This document shows, piece by piece, positions 44,401 to 57,529 of a stretch of DNA of 64,000 bases (the stretch's first letter is position 1; the number at the start of each line of letters is the position of its first letter). Origin of the DNA: the human T2T-CHM13v2.0 reference genome, Homo sapiens. Location of the stretch: NCBI RefSeq assembly GCF_009914755.1, contig NC_060942.1; one strand, written 5' to 3'. The notes beneath the pieces are model-generated. The model did not search any database and was not told the origin of the DNA. It saw nothing but the letters and a program-made list of their open reading frames with translations. A program made the position numbers and the translations under genes.

Positions 44401-47400
44401 AAACTGACATAAAGTAGAGATGTGTGCGCATATGTGGATGTATATGTACACATATTTCCTAGCTCTGTCAGGTGACCTAGAAGCAATGGCAGAAGAGCAA
44501 TGAGCACATCTAGCACTCAGATTTTGTTTCCAAATACCTTTCGCTAAGAAAAAGAGCCAAATAACCTTCACAGAAAGGTTGATTTTGGGAATGGGTAGAT
44601 ATTAGCGGGATGAAGAAATGGAGCAAGATGAGCCCGCAAGATCTTGTAGTGCCACAGTGAGCATGTGCTCAAAATTTCGTGGCATCAGAGTCACCCTGAA
44701 GGAGCCCCCAATGGCCAATTCTAGAATGAGAGCAACAAACTAAATGATGATAATAATGAAGTTTATCTCATGGAATAAAATAAAGAACCTTGAGTCCATA
44801 CCACCAATAAGTAATTGAATTAATAGGTAAGGACAAAATCCTTAGAATGAAATTCAAATTCAAAATACAAAAGGAATGATGGATATAGAAAATCATCATC
44901 TCACAAACACAGTGGTAAGAATCATTGATGGAAGCTAAAATTTGTGGGCAAAAGTTTATGAGAAAACAGGACATTGGCATAGTCTCAAACTCTTTCACCA
45001 TAAGATCCTTATTAGCTACAAGGGAAAAATATAAATTTATAGTGGAGAAAACTGACAGACTCCACCTCAGTCAAGTGATCAAAATTAACATCACCAGGAA
45101 TGAGACGTGTTGACATCATGTAACTCCTCATATGACACACTGAGAAAGTCACAGTGTAGCCTCTGCAGTATTCGTGCAAAAATTTTTAAAACCTGAATTT
45201 AATCATGAACAAACATCAGACAAACCAGAATTGAAGGACATTCTCCAAAACGACTGGCCAGCACTCTTCAAAGTTGTCAAAGTCATAAAAGATTGGGAAA
45301 GTCTAAGAAGTACCCCAAATCAAAAGAGAGTAAAGAGACATAACAAGTAAATGCAGTCGGTGATCCTGGATTGGATCTTAATACAGAAAAATGACATTTG
45401 TGGCACAAACTCATAGGAACAGAGGGTAGAATGGTGGCTACAAGGATCTGGGGAATAGGAGAACGGGGAGATGTTAGTCAAAGGGTAAAGGTAAAAGAAT
45501 AAAAGTGAAAAAAAACTATGGTATATTTACAAAGTTTACTGTTCTGCATCAGCAAAGCAGATCAAACTGTTGTTATAAATTATACAACATGGATCAGCCC
45601 CACAGAGATGATATGGAGGAAGAAAATCAAAATAGGGCATAGTGTGTCATTCCATTTATACGAAATTAAAAAAACCGATAACATGAATTGGTAGTGAAAA
45701 AATGTATTCTAATGAGTACTTCTGGGGGTGTTAATCAGGACAAGTAACAGAAAGGCCTTTGGGTGGATGATAATGCACTGTATCTTTCTATTTGTGAGGC
45801 TTACACGTGTTATTTATGGATTAAATAACACTCACCAAGCTGTACACTTAAGATCCAGGTACTTTATCATAGGTAGGTTTTAATTAGTGGAGAATTATGC
45901 AAAAACATTTATTGAATGTATTCTTTTGTCTCAGTTTTCATAGTTTAAACGTGCCATTTTATCAGACAGAACTTTCTAAAGGATGCAATTAAAACCAAGT
46001 ATTAACTTCTGAGATTGCACTTCTTCATAAAACAACAGAAGAGAAGCAGAATTGTTTTCTTCTTCAATGCCTCTGCTGAACATGTATGCTTCAGATATCT
46101 GTTGGTCACTTTCGATGATGAGAAAATAAAATATCCTGGTTTTTGCTATAAATGCTAATTATTCCATCTGTTCAAAGCGTTTATTTCTTCTTTAAAAATG
46201 GAGGGAAATATTAGTTATCGGATACAATGAAGTTCAGCACTTTGAGATATCTTAGCAAAATATTTTTAACATATGTGTACCAAAACCGATTGTTTTTAAA
46301 GAAAAAAACAAATTTTAAATGAGATATTATATTTTCCTAAACTATCAAAATGTCTCTAGCTATATGAAGGTGCTAATGCAAAGCAATGCATTTCAATTTT
46401 CCTCAACACTAAAAGTAAATATAATTTTCTCTTAATTATAAAATTTCCAGAATTTTTCATCTGTAGTAACTCCAAATTAGCCAGTGAGAATATGTTCCAG
46501 TTAGCTAGAAAATTTACTTATTTATGACTCTTCCGTTCACCAATATTGCCAAGTAAAGTCATTTACAGATCTGGGAACAAAGCTGGGGTGCTACAGTAGG
46601 ACAATTTGGATAATCATATTTCCCCTAGAACTTTAATAGAATTTCATAACATACATATATTTTTTGTCCATTATATTGTAGAGGTCTTCTTTTGACTTTT
46701 ATTCTATTCTATTCATACAATAAAGTTTTCCAGGTCCTCGGAATTTAACTCTTTCTTCTGCCATTACCAATTTTTCAAATAGTAGGTTTGATCTAATTAC
46801 CAAAACATTATTAGAATCTAGGTAGAGGCATGTTATTATTTTACTAGCTAATGATCTCCAGGAGACTTTGGAATTAATATAGACCACTCTGCAGAAATAA
46901 TGACCACTGAAATGAGGGCCCCAGCACACACTGAAATAGCCACACTCAAAGAAGATTCATTTCTTTAGGAGTTTAGTGAAAATGGAGAGATTGACTAAAG
47001 TAATCTCCAGAAAGCATAAAGATTAAATTGGCTCCTAACTGAGAAAATGCTACCTTAGCACTCACCCAGTTCTGCCTTTATGATTCTTTGACACTGATGT
47101 AAGCACCACAGAAAGGAATATCAAGGTGGAATTACATAATCCTTTCTTCAACCAATTGTTAGCGTGTTTGCTGTAGATTAAAACACTGCCACAGGCTTCT
47201 AGTGGTTGGCAACTCACACTGTGGAAAATGTCACTGGGCTTTGCTGCCTCACTAGCTGTGCTCCACAGAGCAGAAAATTAAGCGCAACATATTTGGAAGA
47301 GGAGTTTTCTGGTTTGTAAGAATTTATAAAAATAGCTATACTTATCTATTCTAGGGTCATATTTGTAAGTTATTAGTAGCTCTGAGATAAATAATTTAAA

Positions 47401-48711
47401 TTTTTAGTACATATGCTAAAATCTTAGATTATTCTGACTCGAAATCTAGCTAAGGGTCTCTTAGGTGACTTAATTTCTGTTTCTAATTTAAAAGATACAT
47501 ACATACATGGGACAATAAAATATTTTTGAATCCATGGCACGTGAAAATAGACTGCAAAAAATCAGTATCTAAAACCATGCATTTCTGCTTCAGTTTCTTC
47601 TGATTCCTGTCCAACATAGATAAATCTGAGTAGCTAGTCAGTTATCAGTTATCAAAGTATGAGTTTCATCATGAATAGCTTAGATTTGTTGTACAAATGT
47701 GGTGCTGCAAATTGAATCATTAATCAAAGACATACTAGGCTCAAATTTATTTTATTCTATACATTTTGTTTGCACTATGCTAAGATTTAAAATTAATAAC
47801 CTTGCTCTAGTAAGAAGATTGTTTAGGTATATTTCAAACACTCAAATGTGTTTTTTTCTTTCTGTTAAAAGCAACACGTAGTTTTTCCATAAAAATCCTA
47901 CCTCACGGATTGCCTTATCACACTTAATTTACAAATCTGGAATAAAACCATGAGGTGCAACAGAATAAGATCATCATGGAAGAAAAATATTCACAGTACT
48001 ATTTCTAGAAAAGCTCGCATAAACTTTCGAAATGGCATCAAGCCACCTGTTTGAATCACTCAGAGGCATTTGCCAACTTTACCAAAACAAGGACACACCT
48101 TTCTGTCTCCTGCCAGTTTTCTTTCTTCCCTTACTTTGTTGTCTCATGCAACCTAAAATAGAAGCATCATATCAGGCTTCTAGATTCTGTCTGCAGTATG
48201 ATAGGTCAATTTCATTATAGATGCTGAGAACTCCAGCCTTTAGAGAAAAATGCTCTCAAATCTCTCCCTCTCCTCAGCACTTTGCCCCTCATATGTTTGT
48301 AGGTGGCACTCTCATCAATACTGCTTTCTCTAACCATGGCTTGGTAAGGCAACTCTCTGCCTTCTTAATGTCCTATCGATCAAGCTAATGACATTTACTT
48401 AGCACCTACTCAATGAAAGTCACTGTTCTGCTTGTTGTGGGGGATACAGGTATACATAGGACATGAAGTGGCTTTCTGTAAACAAAGATAAATGTCCTCT
48501 TTATTTGTTTGTCATATAAAGTAGCCCCTAATGCCTGAATTTCCTTCATCTTCTAGCAGTCAAACAATCTCTCACCCACTTACCCACACTTGACAACTTG
48601 TCTTTTCCATAACGTTTCTGTTTGAATTAAGAAAAGCTAACATTTCCCCACCCAGGACAACCACAATGCAGAATTCTGTACTCACTCTTGCCTTATGCCC
48701 TTAAAACACAC

Positions 48712-48740
48712 ACTCACGACCAGTATTTCATGGCAATGTC
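48712..48740 (-). other. 3' end of a candidate alternative first coding exon (MKYWS..., phase 2)
   Basis: tga-gac-att-GCC-ATG-AAA-TAC-TGG-TC|GTGAGT: GCC Kozak context, in-frame upstream stop, consensus donor at 48718/48717; second donor AGA|GTGAGT at 48686/48685. Confidence 0.4.
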
Positions 48741-48881
48741 TCAGTCTTTACGCTTATTTGACTTAATGCTTCTCTACCAATGATTTTCTGTATGTGAATC
48801 CCCGTTACTTTTGTAAATGTGGGAGGAGGAACTGCTTGTAACTTGTGGAGCACTGAGCACGTTTAAGCACTGGAGCCCTCG

Positions 48882-49204
48882 GTGAGTATGACAATCATCC
48901 ACCTGGATTACAGATGGTCCTCACTCCCGAAAAGTCTTCTGGGCAGAACTGCATGGCAAAAGGCTGTAGTCAAGTACAGTTATCATCTGCAAGAAAGCCC
49001 GCATTTGGGCAACAACCCTGGCTCAGCAAACTCTTCTATTTAAAAAGATCTACCGTAAGTCAGGAATTTGTAGCATTTAAAATACAAGCCCTCACACACC
49101 AAAGATTTTCTGTCTTCAACTGTTCACTCTGCCTTCAGAACACTTGGCTGTTTATCTCCTCCTTTGTTTTGCTTTGTTTTATCTTGTTCTTCCTTTCTCT
49201 CTAG
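48882..49204 (+). other. Candidate plus-strand intron of an antisense non-coding transcript
   Basis: Donor TCG|GTGAGT (48881/48882), alternative ACC|GTAAGT near 49055; about 50-nt pyrimidine tract ending ctctAG at 49204; the following 155 nt end at AAA|GTGAGC and have stops in all frames. Confidence 0.3.
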
Positions 49205-49430
49205 GTCCCAGGGGATAAACTGGCTCAGTAAAGGCTTCCCACTGAGCACGGGGCTGCGAGTCACAATTCCTTGATGATCACCCACCCCAAGCTGACATGT
49301 TTCAAATGACCTGAAGTAGCTACATCTGTTCAGTCAAGTTATTACAAGGACCTTCGAAAGTGAGCCGCATTCTGAGCAAACAACCAAAAGACGGGCTCCT
49401 TCCCATTCCCAGGAGATTGCAACCTCCGTG

Positions 49431-49440
49431 TGATTGGCAG
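49431..49440 (-). promoter_or_regulatory. CCAAT-box/NFI-like motif upstream of the candidate first exon
   Basis: Minus strand CTGCCAATCA in a repeat-free block with scattered CpGs; single motif only. Confidence 0.2.
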
Positions 49441-49619
49441 TTTTACGGTCTGGCTTTCTCCATCACAGGATAATTTCCTCCTCATTGTAAAAAGCTTTCT
49501 GCAGCCTTCTGCTTTTTGGCTCTTTTTTATAATGAGCAAATTTGGCTTAGAGAAAACTTTTCAGACTGAGAAGGAAAAGGATTTTACGTCTTAAAACCGT
49601 GAAACTAGTGTAAGATATT

Positions 49620-49715
49620 TAAAATGTTATATTTAAATATATATGATATATAACATACACACGATATATAAACATATAATTTATGTATATATTAATATAT
49701 GTTTAAATATATATT
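49620..49715. repeat. AT-rich (TA)n-like low-complexity tract
   Basis: Degenerate atatat repeats. Confidence 0.7.
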
Positions 49716-50040
49716 TTTCCTCCACTCTGTTTTTCAAGGGGTTTCTTAATCCTGAAGTTTAGTGTTGGGCTAATCAGTTATATCAACTTTTAGGCACTTT
49801 GAAATCACTGTCGCTCTGAAAAATCAATAGCCAAACAAACATAAGAACTCAAATTTATAATGCCTAAGTTGCTGTGAGCTACTGTAAATTTAACCGTAGA
49901 AGCTGAGTAGGTTTTGTGGGTAAACGTGTACAACTGAGATGAATGAGACTTTCAGACTGAGGCAAAACAGCAGTGTGAACTGGCTGTTGTTACCGCCATC
50001 GACAGGTAAGGAGTCTCTGTGACTCGCACATAGTTGCTGC

Positions 50041-50643
50041 TGTTGGGGCTCGTTACTTTGAACTGCAGGACCCTGAAGGGGCCTCAAAAGCAAAGCCTCT
50101 TTCTGGCCTTCTGCCCTTCTTTCTCCTACTCTCCTTTCTCCCACAAGGCAGATGATAGAAACTAGGGTTTCTCTTCCCCAAGGTGAGTCACAGAAACCAG
50201 AACCCCTCTCCTCCAAAGCCAGTCATAAAACCTAGAACGATTACTCTAACCTTCCTCCACCTTGCTGTGTGGAAGATGGTCATAGAGAAATCTGACCTAT
50301 CTCCTTCCAGAAGGTCCCTGCCCAAACCCAGGAAGACGGAATGCCACACAGAGGGACCAGAAGAATCTGGACACGCCCTAGTTTTATTACCCTTAGATGA
50401 ATATCTTTTTGTCCGATCACATTTCTACACAGCTGTACATTCTTCATTGAACCTAAGCATAAAAACAGACAGCTTTCCTTAAGTCTTTGCCTCTTCATTT
50501 TCTGAAGGCTCCCATGTCACGCAAACCTTTGATTAAATGAATTTGCAATGCTTTTCTCTTGTTAACCTGCCTTTTGTTATAGGGGTGTCAGCTGTGACCC
50601 TCATGATAGGGAGGAAAGGTATCACATCTTTTTTGCCCCTACA
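50041..50643 (+). mobile_element. MER39-type ERV1 solo LTR
   Basis: tgttggggctc start, gcccctaca end, perfect 4-bp TSD ctgc, family motif gcttttctcttgttaacctgccttttgttatagg. Confidence 0.85.
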
Positions 50644-50841
50644 CTGCTCCTCATCTTCATGGGTCAAGATGATCTCCACACATCCATATCTAAGGCACAC
50701 AATACCCATCCTTGTATATACATGTCTCAACAGCCACTCATTATTGTTAAATATGGGCTGGATTTTTAACAATATTCAAGCTACCTAAGAAGAAACTAGA
50801 GGTACAGGCAGCCTCCTGGCTTTTTCTGCAATTACTCTCAC

Positions 50842-50842
<1 letters not shown>

Positions 50843-50879
<37 letters not shown>
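50843..50879. repeat. Poly(A) run, 37 nt
   Basis: Direct reading. Confidence 0.95.
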
Positions 50880-50882
<3 letters not shown>

Positions 50883-50887
50883 TCTCT

Positions 50888-51772
50888 ACACACACATCAG
50901 AATGGCTAAAACAAAAGATAATGACAACACAAAATGCTCGCCAGGATGCAGAGACTCTGGGTCATTCACACATTGCTAGCGAAAATGTAAAATTGTACAG
51001 CCGCTCTGGGAAACAGTTTGGCAGTGTCTTTTAAAACTAAACATACTCTTGACATATAACTCAGCAATGACACTCTTAGGCATTTGTCCCAGGGAAATGA
51101 AAATTTATGTGCACCCAAGAATCTGTACACAAATGTTCATGGCAGCTTTACTCATAATAGCCAAAAACTGGAACCAGTCCAGGTGTCCCTGAACAGGTCC
51201 ATCCATACCATGGACTACTACCTAGCCATAAAAGGGAGCTGTTGATACACACAACAGCTTGAATGAATCTCAAGGCAATTATACTGTGTGTTAAAAGTCA
51301 GCCCTTCAAAGGTTACATATGGTGTGATTCCATTTATGTAATATTATTGGAATAACAAAATTATAGAGATGGAGAAGAGATTAGTGGGTACCAGGGGATA
51401 GGAATAAAGGATGTGTGGCTTTAAAGGAATAGAATAAGGGTGCCACATAGTTACGGAAGGTTCTGGATCTTGATTATGCTGGTGGTTACACAGATCTACA
51501 TACGTGATAAAATTAAATGGAACACACACTGTCTCACACACACTCACATAAACAGAAGTGCATATGTAATTGGTGAAATTGTAGTGACTTCTGTAGATGG
51601 TGCCCACATCCATTTCCTGGTTGTGATATTGTACTATAGTTACACAAGTTATCTTCGGAGAAAACTGGGTTAAAGTTACATGGGACAATCCGGGATCTTT
51701 TTTTTTTTTTTTTTTTTGCAATTTTTTTGTGAATCTATAATTTCAAAATAAGAAGTATAAAAATGAAAAAGA
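50888..51772 (+). mobile_element. L1MC/ME-like 3' portion
   Basis: catcagaatggctaaa...aatgttcatggcagctttactcataatagccaaaaactggaa...gtgaatctataatttcaaaataagaag; approximate TSD aaatc(c/t)tctct. Confidence 0.8.
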
Positions 51773-51831
51773 GAAATCTTCTCTTGAGTCTCCCATACTA
51801 GACTAGCTGCTGCTCTCTGCTTCCTCTTCTG

Positions 51832-52129
<298 letters not shown>

Positions 52130-53261
52130 TCTTCTGCTTTTTTAATAGAAAACTTCTCAAAATTTATCTACTTGTTGCCTTTAATACCTCTCCTATGCTA
52201 TCTTGCATCTGCTCCAATCATAGCTCTGATTCTTTCACCAGCTCCCAGGAAACTGCCCTTGTCAAGATCACCAATGACATCTATGTTCCTGTCTAGGGGT
52301 CAGCTATTCATCTCCATTGCACATCTGTCACTCCAGGCCCAATACCGCCTTGACAGCAGGAAGTGCACCGTAGTCAGTTGGACTCTGTCTTCAGGAGGAC
52401 TTTGTCTTCACTTCATGGACTCTCCCGATTTTTTTTTTCCTGATGAGTGGCTCCTTCTTGGTCTCATTTGGAGGTTCTTCTCTTTTTCCCAGAGACCCAT
52501 TCCCTTGGTAAACTCATCCCGACCCCTAGGCTGAAATAGTTACCTATACACTGACAACTCCCTATTTTATACCTCTAGTCCAGTCTCTTCCCTGAATCTT
52601 AGACTTGTATCTAACAGCCACTGCAAATCTCTACATAGATTACCAGTAGGCACCTTAAAATTTACATGACCAAAACTGAGCTCCAGATACCCCACCAAAC
52701 CTGCCCATCCCCGTTTTTTCCTATGTCAACAATGGACAATTTTATATTTCTAGCAACACAAGTCAAAAATATTGGTGTCATGAATTTCTCCTCTCATGCA
52801 TCATGTCCAATCCATCAGAAAATCCTGTTGGCTCTACTTTCAAAATACATCCTGAATCCGAGGATTTCCCGCCACCTTTACTGTTATCATCCTATTCTTG
52901 CCCACTATTATCTCTTGACTGGATTCTTGAAATAGTTTTCTATGTTGCTACTCTGCCCTCACTCCCTACATGCCTGTTCCGTGCAGTAAACTAAGTGCTC
53001 CTCCTAAATCACAAGTTAGAGCATGACATTCCTCTGCCCAAAAAGACCCTATATATTTTGTTGTTTGTTACTTTTCCGACCTCTTCCCTTCCTATTATCA
53101 CCTTTGTTTGCTCTGCTCTAGTCCACTGGCCCCCTTGGTCTTTCTAGGACGTGCCACATACATGTCACAGGACCTTAGCCTTTGTTGTTCCTCCAGCATG
53201 GGTAGCCACAAGGATAACACTCCCCCTTCACCATTCAGGTGCCCACATGACACCTTTATAG

Positions 53262-53673
<412 letters not shown>

Positions 53674-54844
53674 ACCATTTCTTTCTTTGTTATCTGTGGA
53701 TTCCTACACAAATGTAAACTTCAAAGGACAGGATTTTTGTCTGTTTTTTCACTTCTGTATTCTCAGTGTCTAAATCTTGCCTGGAACACAGAAGATAAGT
53801 CAATATATAATCGTGGCCTGAATGAATTATTTAACCAATTATGCAAGTAATTTTCTATTTCCAAATAAGAGAAGAGTTGGTGTAGCTGGAGTAGCCTACC
53901 TCCTGAGAATTCTGAAAAACCAGAGTAGCTCATCTGCTCCACTGACTGACATCTCTGGCAACAGCAGCTGACACCGTCTCACTGCTGCAAGGTCAGCTAG
54001 TCAGTGGGCCCAGTGCTTCGCAGCGCCTCTCCACTGATTAACAAACAGGCCCCTTTGGAGGGCAGGGCCTATGTACCACCTTAGTCCTAGGGATTCCACA
54101 GCCCTATGGCAGTGAGAAATGCAGCTGGCAGGAAGGTAGTTACCTGTGCTCCTCACTGCTTCTCAACGCAGAAAATCTGAAATTTGAGCCCCAGTGTAAT
54201 CAGCACTGTGAGTTTGTAGATTATAAATATTTACATCTGTGCTTGCCCAAGGCTGGAGCTTATAACTCAAGCTTTGCCTGTTGGAAGGATCAGATGGAGT
54301 AACAGAGAGCATAAACCGTTCACTCAACAAATCTTTACAAAAGGCCTACTGGAAGAAGTCCCTGTTCTAGACACTGGAGATAAAGCAGGGAACAAAACAG
54401 CCAATAATCGTGATTCCATGAAGTCGATATTTGAGAGTTGGAAGGAAGCAAATAATATACATGCAAACAAACAGATAAACAATACAATTTCAGATAATGA
54501 TTAGTTCAGTGAATCTAATAAAATAAGATGATAAATGACTGAAAGATTTCTTTGAAATTGGGTGATCATGTTATTACGCTGTGGTGACATTTGAGCACAA
54601 ATGTGAATAATGAAAAATAATTAGTCCTGAGGGCAGAATGGTCCTTAAAGAAGGAAAAGAAAGTTAAAAGGCCTTTAGGGACTAATGTGGCATACTTGAG
54701 AAACAAAGAAAGAAGGCCAGTGTGTGTGCCGCTTAGGGAGTGAGAGGAAGTTAGAAAAGATGAAGATGGAGAAGTAGACAATCCCAGTGACCTCAAGTAA
54801 GGAGTTCATGCTTTACTCCAAATGCAAAGGCATTAGAGATATAA

Positions 54845-55320
54845 CTGCAGACTACTCACTCTCCATTGTTTTCTTCATGTGAAGGGAAACCTAGGGCCTC
54901 CCTCTTGTTCTCGTGCCTTTGATTGGTGAGTTTAGTAGGAAGAACTGGGCATGAAAGGCTCAGTCCCTTCCTCTTGCCTGCAGAGAGCAGGGCTCCTGTC
55001 TGCTTTGGGCCTAGGGCTGAGCTTTGTGGCCACAGCTTACCTCTGTAGCACCTGCTGTGCAGGTATTCGGTGCTGCCTGTGGCTTCTGGGTCAGTTCATC
55101 TAATTCTGGTGCAGCAGCAGGAAGCCCAGGCTGGCACTCACTCTGCCACATTCTCCAAGAGCTCTGTTAGTAATAGACCTGACAGTCCGTTCTCCATGTG
55201 TTTAACTCTTTTGTCTCCTTCTACTGCTTTAAAATGCTGGCGGGGATGAGGGAGTTATAATTAACAGCCTTCCCTCTCAAACTCCTAAAGGAAGCTTGGA
55301 TGTTTTTCTTTTCTGAACAA
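54845..55320. mobile_element. Probable old ERVL-type LTR (LTR33-like) inserted in L2
   Basis: About 470-bp GC-richer non-L2 block interrupting otherwise collinear L2; subfamily uncertain. Confidence 0.35.
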
Positions 55321-55425
55321 GAAATACAGTGATCTAATTTATGTTTTAAAAAGATGACTCTAGCTTTTATTTAGGGACTGAATTACAGACAGAGGGAAAT
55401 GAAAAGCAAAGATATTAGTGAGGAG

Positions 55426-55920
55426 TGATGGGGTTCAGGACATGCTACCGTAAAATATGGCACCTCGGTATTTGAAAACAATGCAGAAGTGGGATGATCT
55501 CTCTGACTTCTCCTTCCTTCTCCTCTGAACCAGTTCATAAAACCTAGAAATAATTTTCTGATCTTCCGCTGGAGTAGATCATAAGACCCTCATGTGAGAG
55601 GTGCCCTTCCTGGAGGAAAGGAACGTCTTTATCGCTGAAGATACAGGGACATGGAGAAGAATCCAAACAAACAGGCCTTGTACATTCCCTTCATTAGATC
55701 ATACCCCCTTTTTCCAGTCATACTTCTTCACAACGATACACCTCTTCATCAAACTTACAAGTACACAGGTTTTCCTGTTTCTTTAAATATTCATTTCTGA
55801 AGGCTCCCGTGTCACATAAAACTTATATTAAATAAATATGTATGCTTTTCTCTTGCTAATGTCTTCTGTTATAAAGACCTCAGCCATGGACCTAGCAATT
55901 GGTGGGGAAAAGATAAAGCA
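55426..55920 (+). mobile_element. MER39B-like ERV1 solo LTR
   Basis: tgatggggttcaggacatgctaccgtaaaatatggcacc start, CA end, 4-bp TSD ggag, aataaatatgtatgcttttctcttg motif. Confidence 0.8.
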
Positions 55921-56956
55921 GGAGAATCCCTCTGCACGAGACTACTATAGTTATTTAGGATAGATACGATGGTGCCTTGGACTAGGATTGATAATGGCAG
56001 GCAGAGAGAGAAGGGTAAAGAATTGGAATATACATTCAAGCAGGCCCTGGAAGCAGGCCCTGTTCTAGACACTGGAGATAAAGTAGGGAAGAAAATAGTC
56101 AGTAATCTTGATTCCATATAGTCTGTATTTGAAAGTTGGAGGGAAGCAAACAATATACATGCAAACAAACAGGTCAACTGAAGGGATTTATAAACCTGAG
56201 GTAAGGATCATAAAAAATTAGTATCAAATATGACTTCTAGGTTCTGTCTTGAGTAGCTGTAGGTAATGAATAGTGACTTATCCAAGTGTGGTTCTCAGGT
56301 AAAGAGTTGTGTAGACAATTATGGAGCTTAGTAGAGAGGTCTGGAAAAATAATATGAATTTGGGAATTTTCAGATGGTGTTTAAATCCACTGGGCACCAT
56401 GGAATTACTTAGAGGAAGAATATAGACAGAAAAAAGAGGATGGCTGAGGATAGAGCTCCAAGAAGTGTGCTAAAGTTTAATTTTGTGGCATTAGACAGGG
56501 TGGAATGGAATATGTGTACTTGGGAGCAAATTAAAATAGAAAATTATAAAACAGGAATTAATGTATTTCATTTTATAGGGTTACATTAGAAAAAGGACAA
56601 AAGTGAGACAAAGCAAAAGGAGTGTCTAGAACAGACTTACACAGCAGAAGCTAAGTAAGTAGGATGTGAGAGGAAATGGAGATAGAAGAGAAATGCGAAT
56701 CAAAAGGTGGAACTCACGAAAGTGAAAGTGAAGACTTTCATCTTCAGTGGAGTTATGCAAATGAAATATTTTCACACACATAAATAATGATAAACATAGA
56801 TAAATAAAGCAAGTTTGGAGAGGCTGGTGAGAAAAGTGAAGTCTATAATTCAGTGTTATGAATACAGCACTGTGTAGTCAAAAGGATTTGCTGTAGGGAG
56901 TGAAAAGGAACAGAGAATGTTGATGGAATGAAAGGAGAATCAAAAAAGTGTGTTTA

Positions 56957-57227
56957 GGCCAGGTGCAGTGGCTCAAGCCTGTAATCCCAGAACTTTGGGA
57001 GGCTGAGGCAGGTGGATCACCTAAGGTCAGGAGTTCGAGACCAGCCTAGCCAACATGGCAAAACCCTGTCTCTACTAAAAACACAAAAAATTAGCCAGGC
57101 ATGGTGGCGGGCACCTGTAATCTCAGCTACTCAGGAGGCCGAAGCAGGAGAATCACTTGAACCCAACAGGCAGCCATTGCACTTCAGCCTGGGCAACAAG
57201 AGTAAGATTCTACGTCAAAAAAAAAAA
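56957..57227 (+). mobile_element. AluS with a right-arm deletion
   Basis: TSD aaaaaagtgtgttta on both sides. Confidence 0.95.
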
Positions 57228-57529
57228 GTGTGTTTATACTTACCTATTAGTTATGAAAAGAGTCAAAAGATGAGACAAAGATAAATCTAAACCTTATCTA
57301 TAGATACATTCTTTGTAGAAGAAATCAACAGAAATTATAGTTTTTCTGTCAAGATTTTGGAAGAAACTTTCTGAAGAAAATTTCAGAAGAGGGCTTCAGG
57401 GAGTGTCTAAGAAATTAATATCTTAATAATAATGTTTCTATGAAATAACATAATATATTTTATTGATATGTGCAAATAATTTTACTTCAAAAAATTATCT
57501 CTTTTGAAGTAAAACACATTGCGCAGAAA

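Larger units (their letters stand above)
42720..45880 (+). mobile_element. Old L1M (L1MC/MD-like) ORF2 remnant plus long 3' UTR
   Basis: Degenerate ORF2 (accaggcccagatagt, caaggttggttc, aaattcaacattcactc); L1MC-type UTR (gtggagaaaactgacagactccacctcagtcaagtgatcaaaattaacatcacc). Confidence 0.75.
54315..56465 (-). mobile_element. L2a, fragmented by LTR insertions and a local duplication
   Basis: ttcactcaacaaatctttac...ggtgacatttgagca...aagaaggccagtgtg...aaaagatgactctagct...agagaggtctgga...gggaattttcagatggtgtttaaa. Confidence 0.75.

Noticed and set aside
50843-50879. Orphan poly(A) as the tail of a retrocopy
   Set aside because: It abuts the L1 TSD (aaatcctctct) and looks like an expanded A run in L2-derived sequence; no upstream cDNA or separate TSD.
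53990-54040. Possible CTCF site (gcagcgcctctccactg)
   Set aside because: Spacing does not fit the core consensus, so it cannot be supported without ChIP data.
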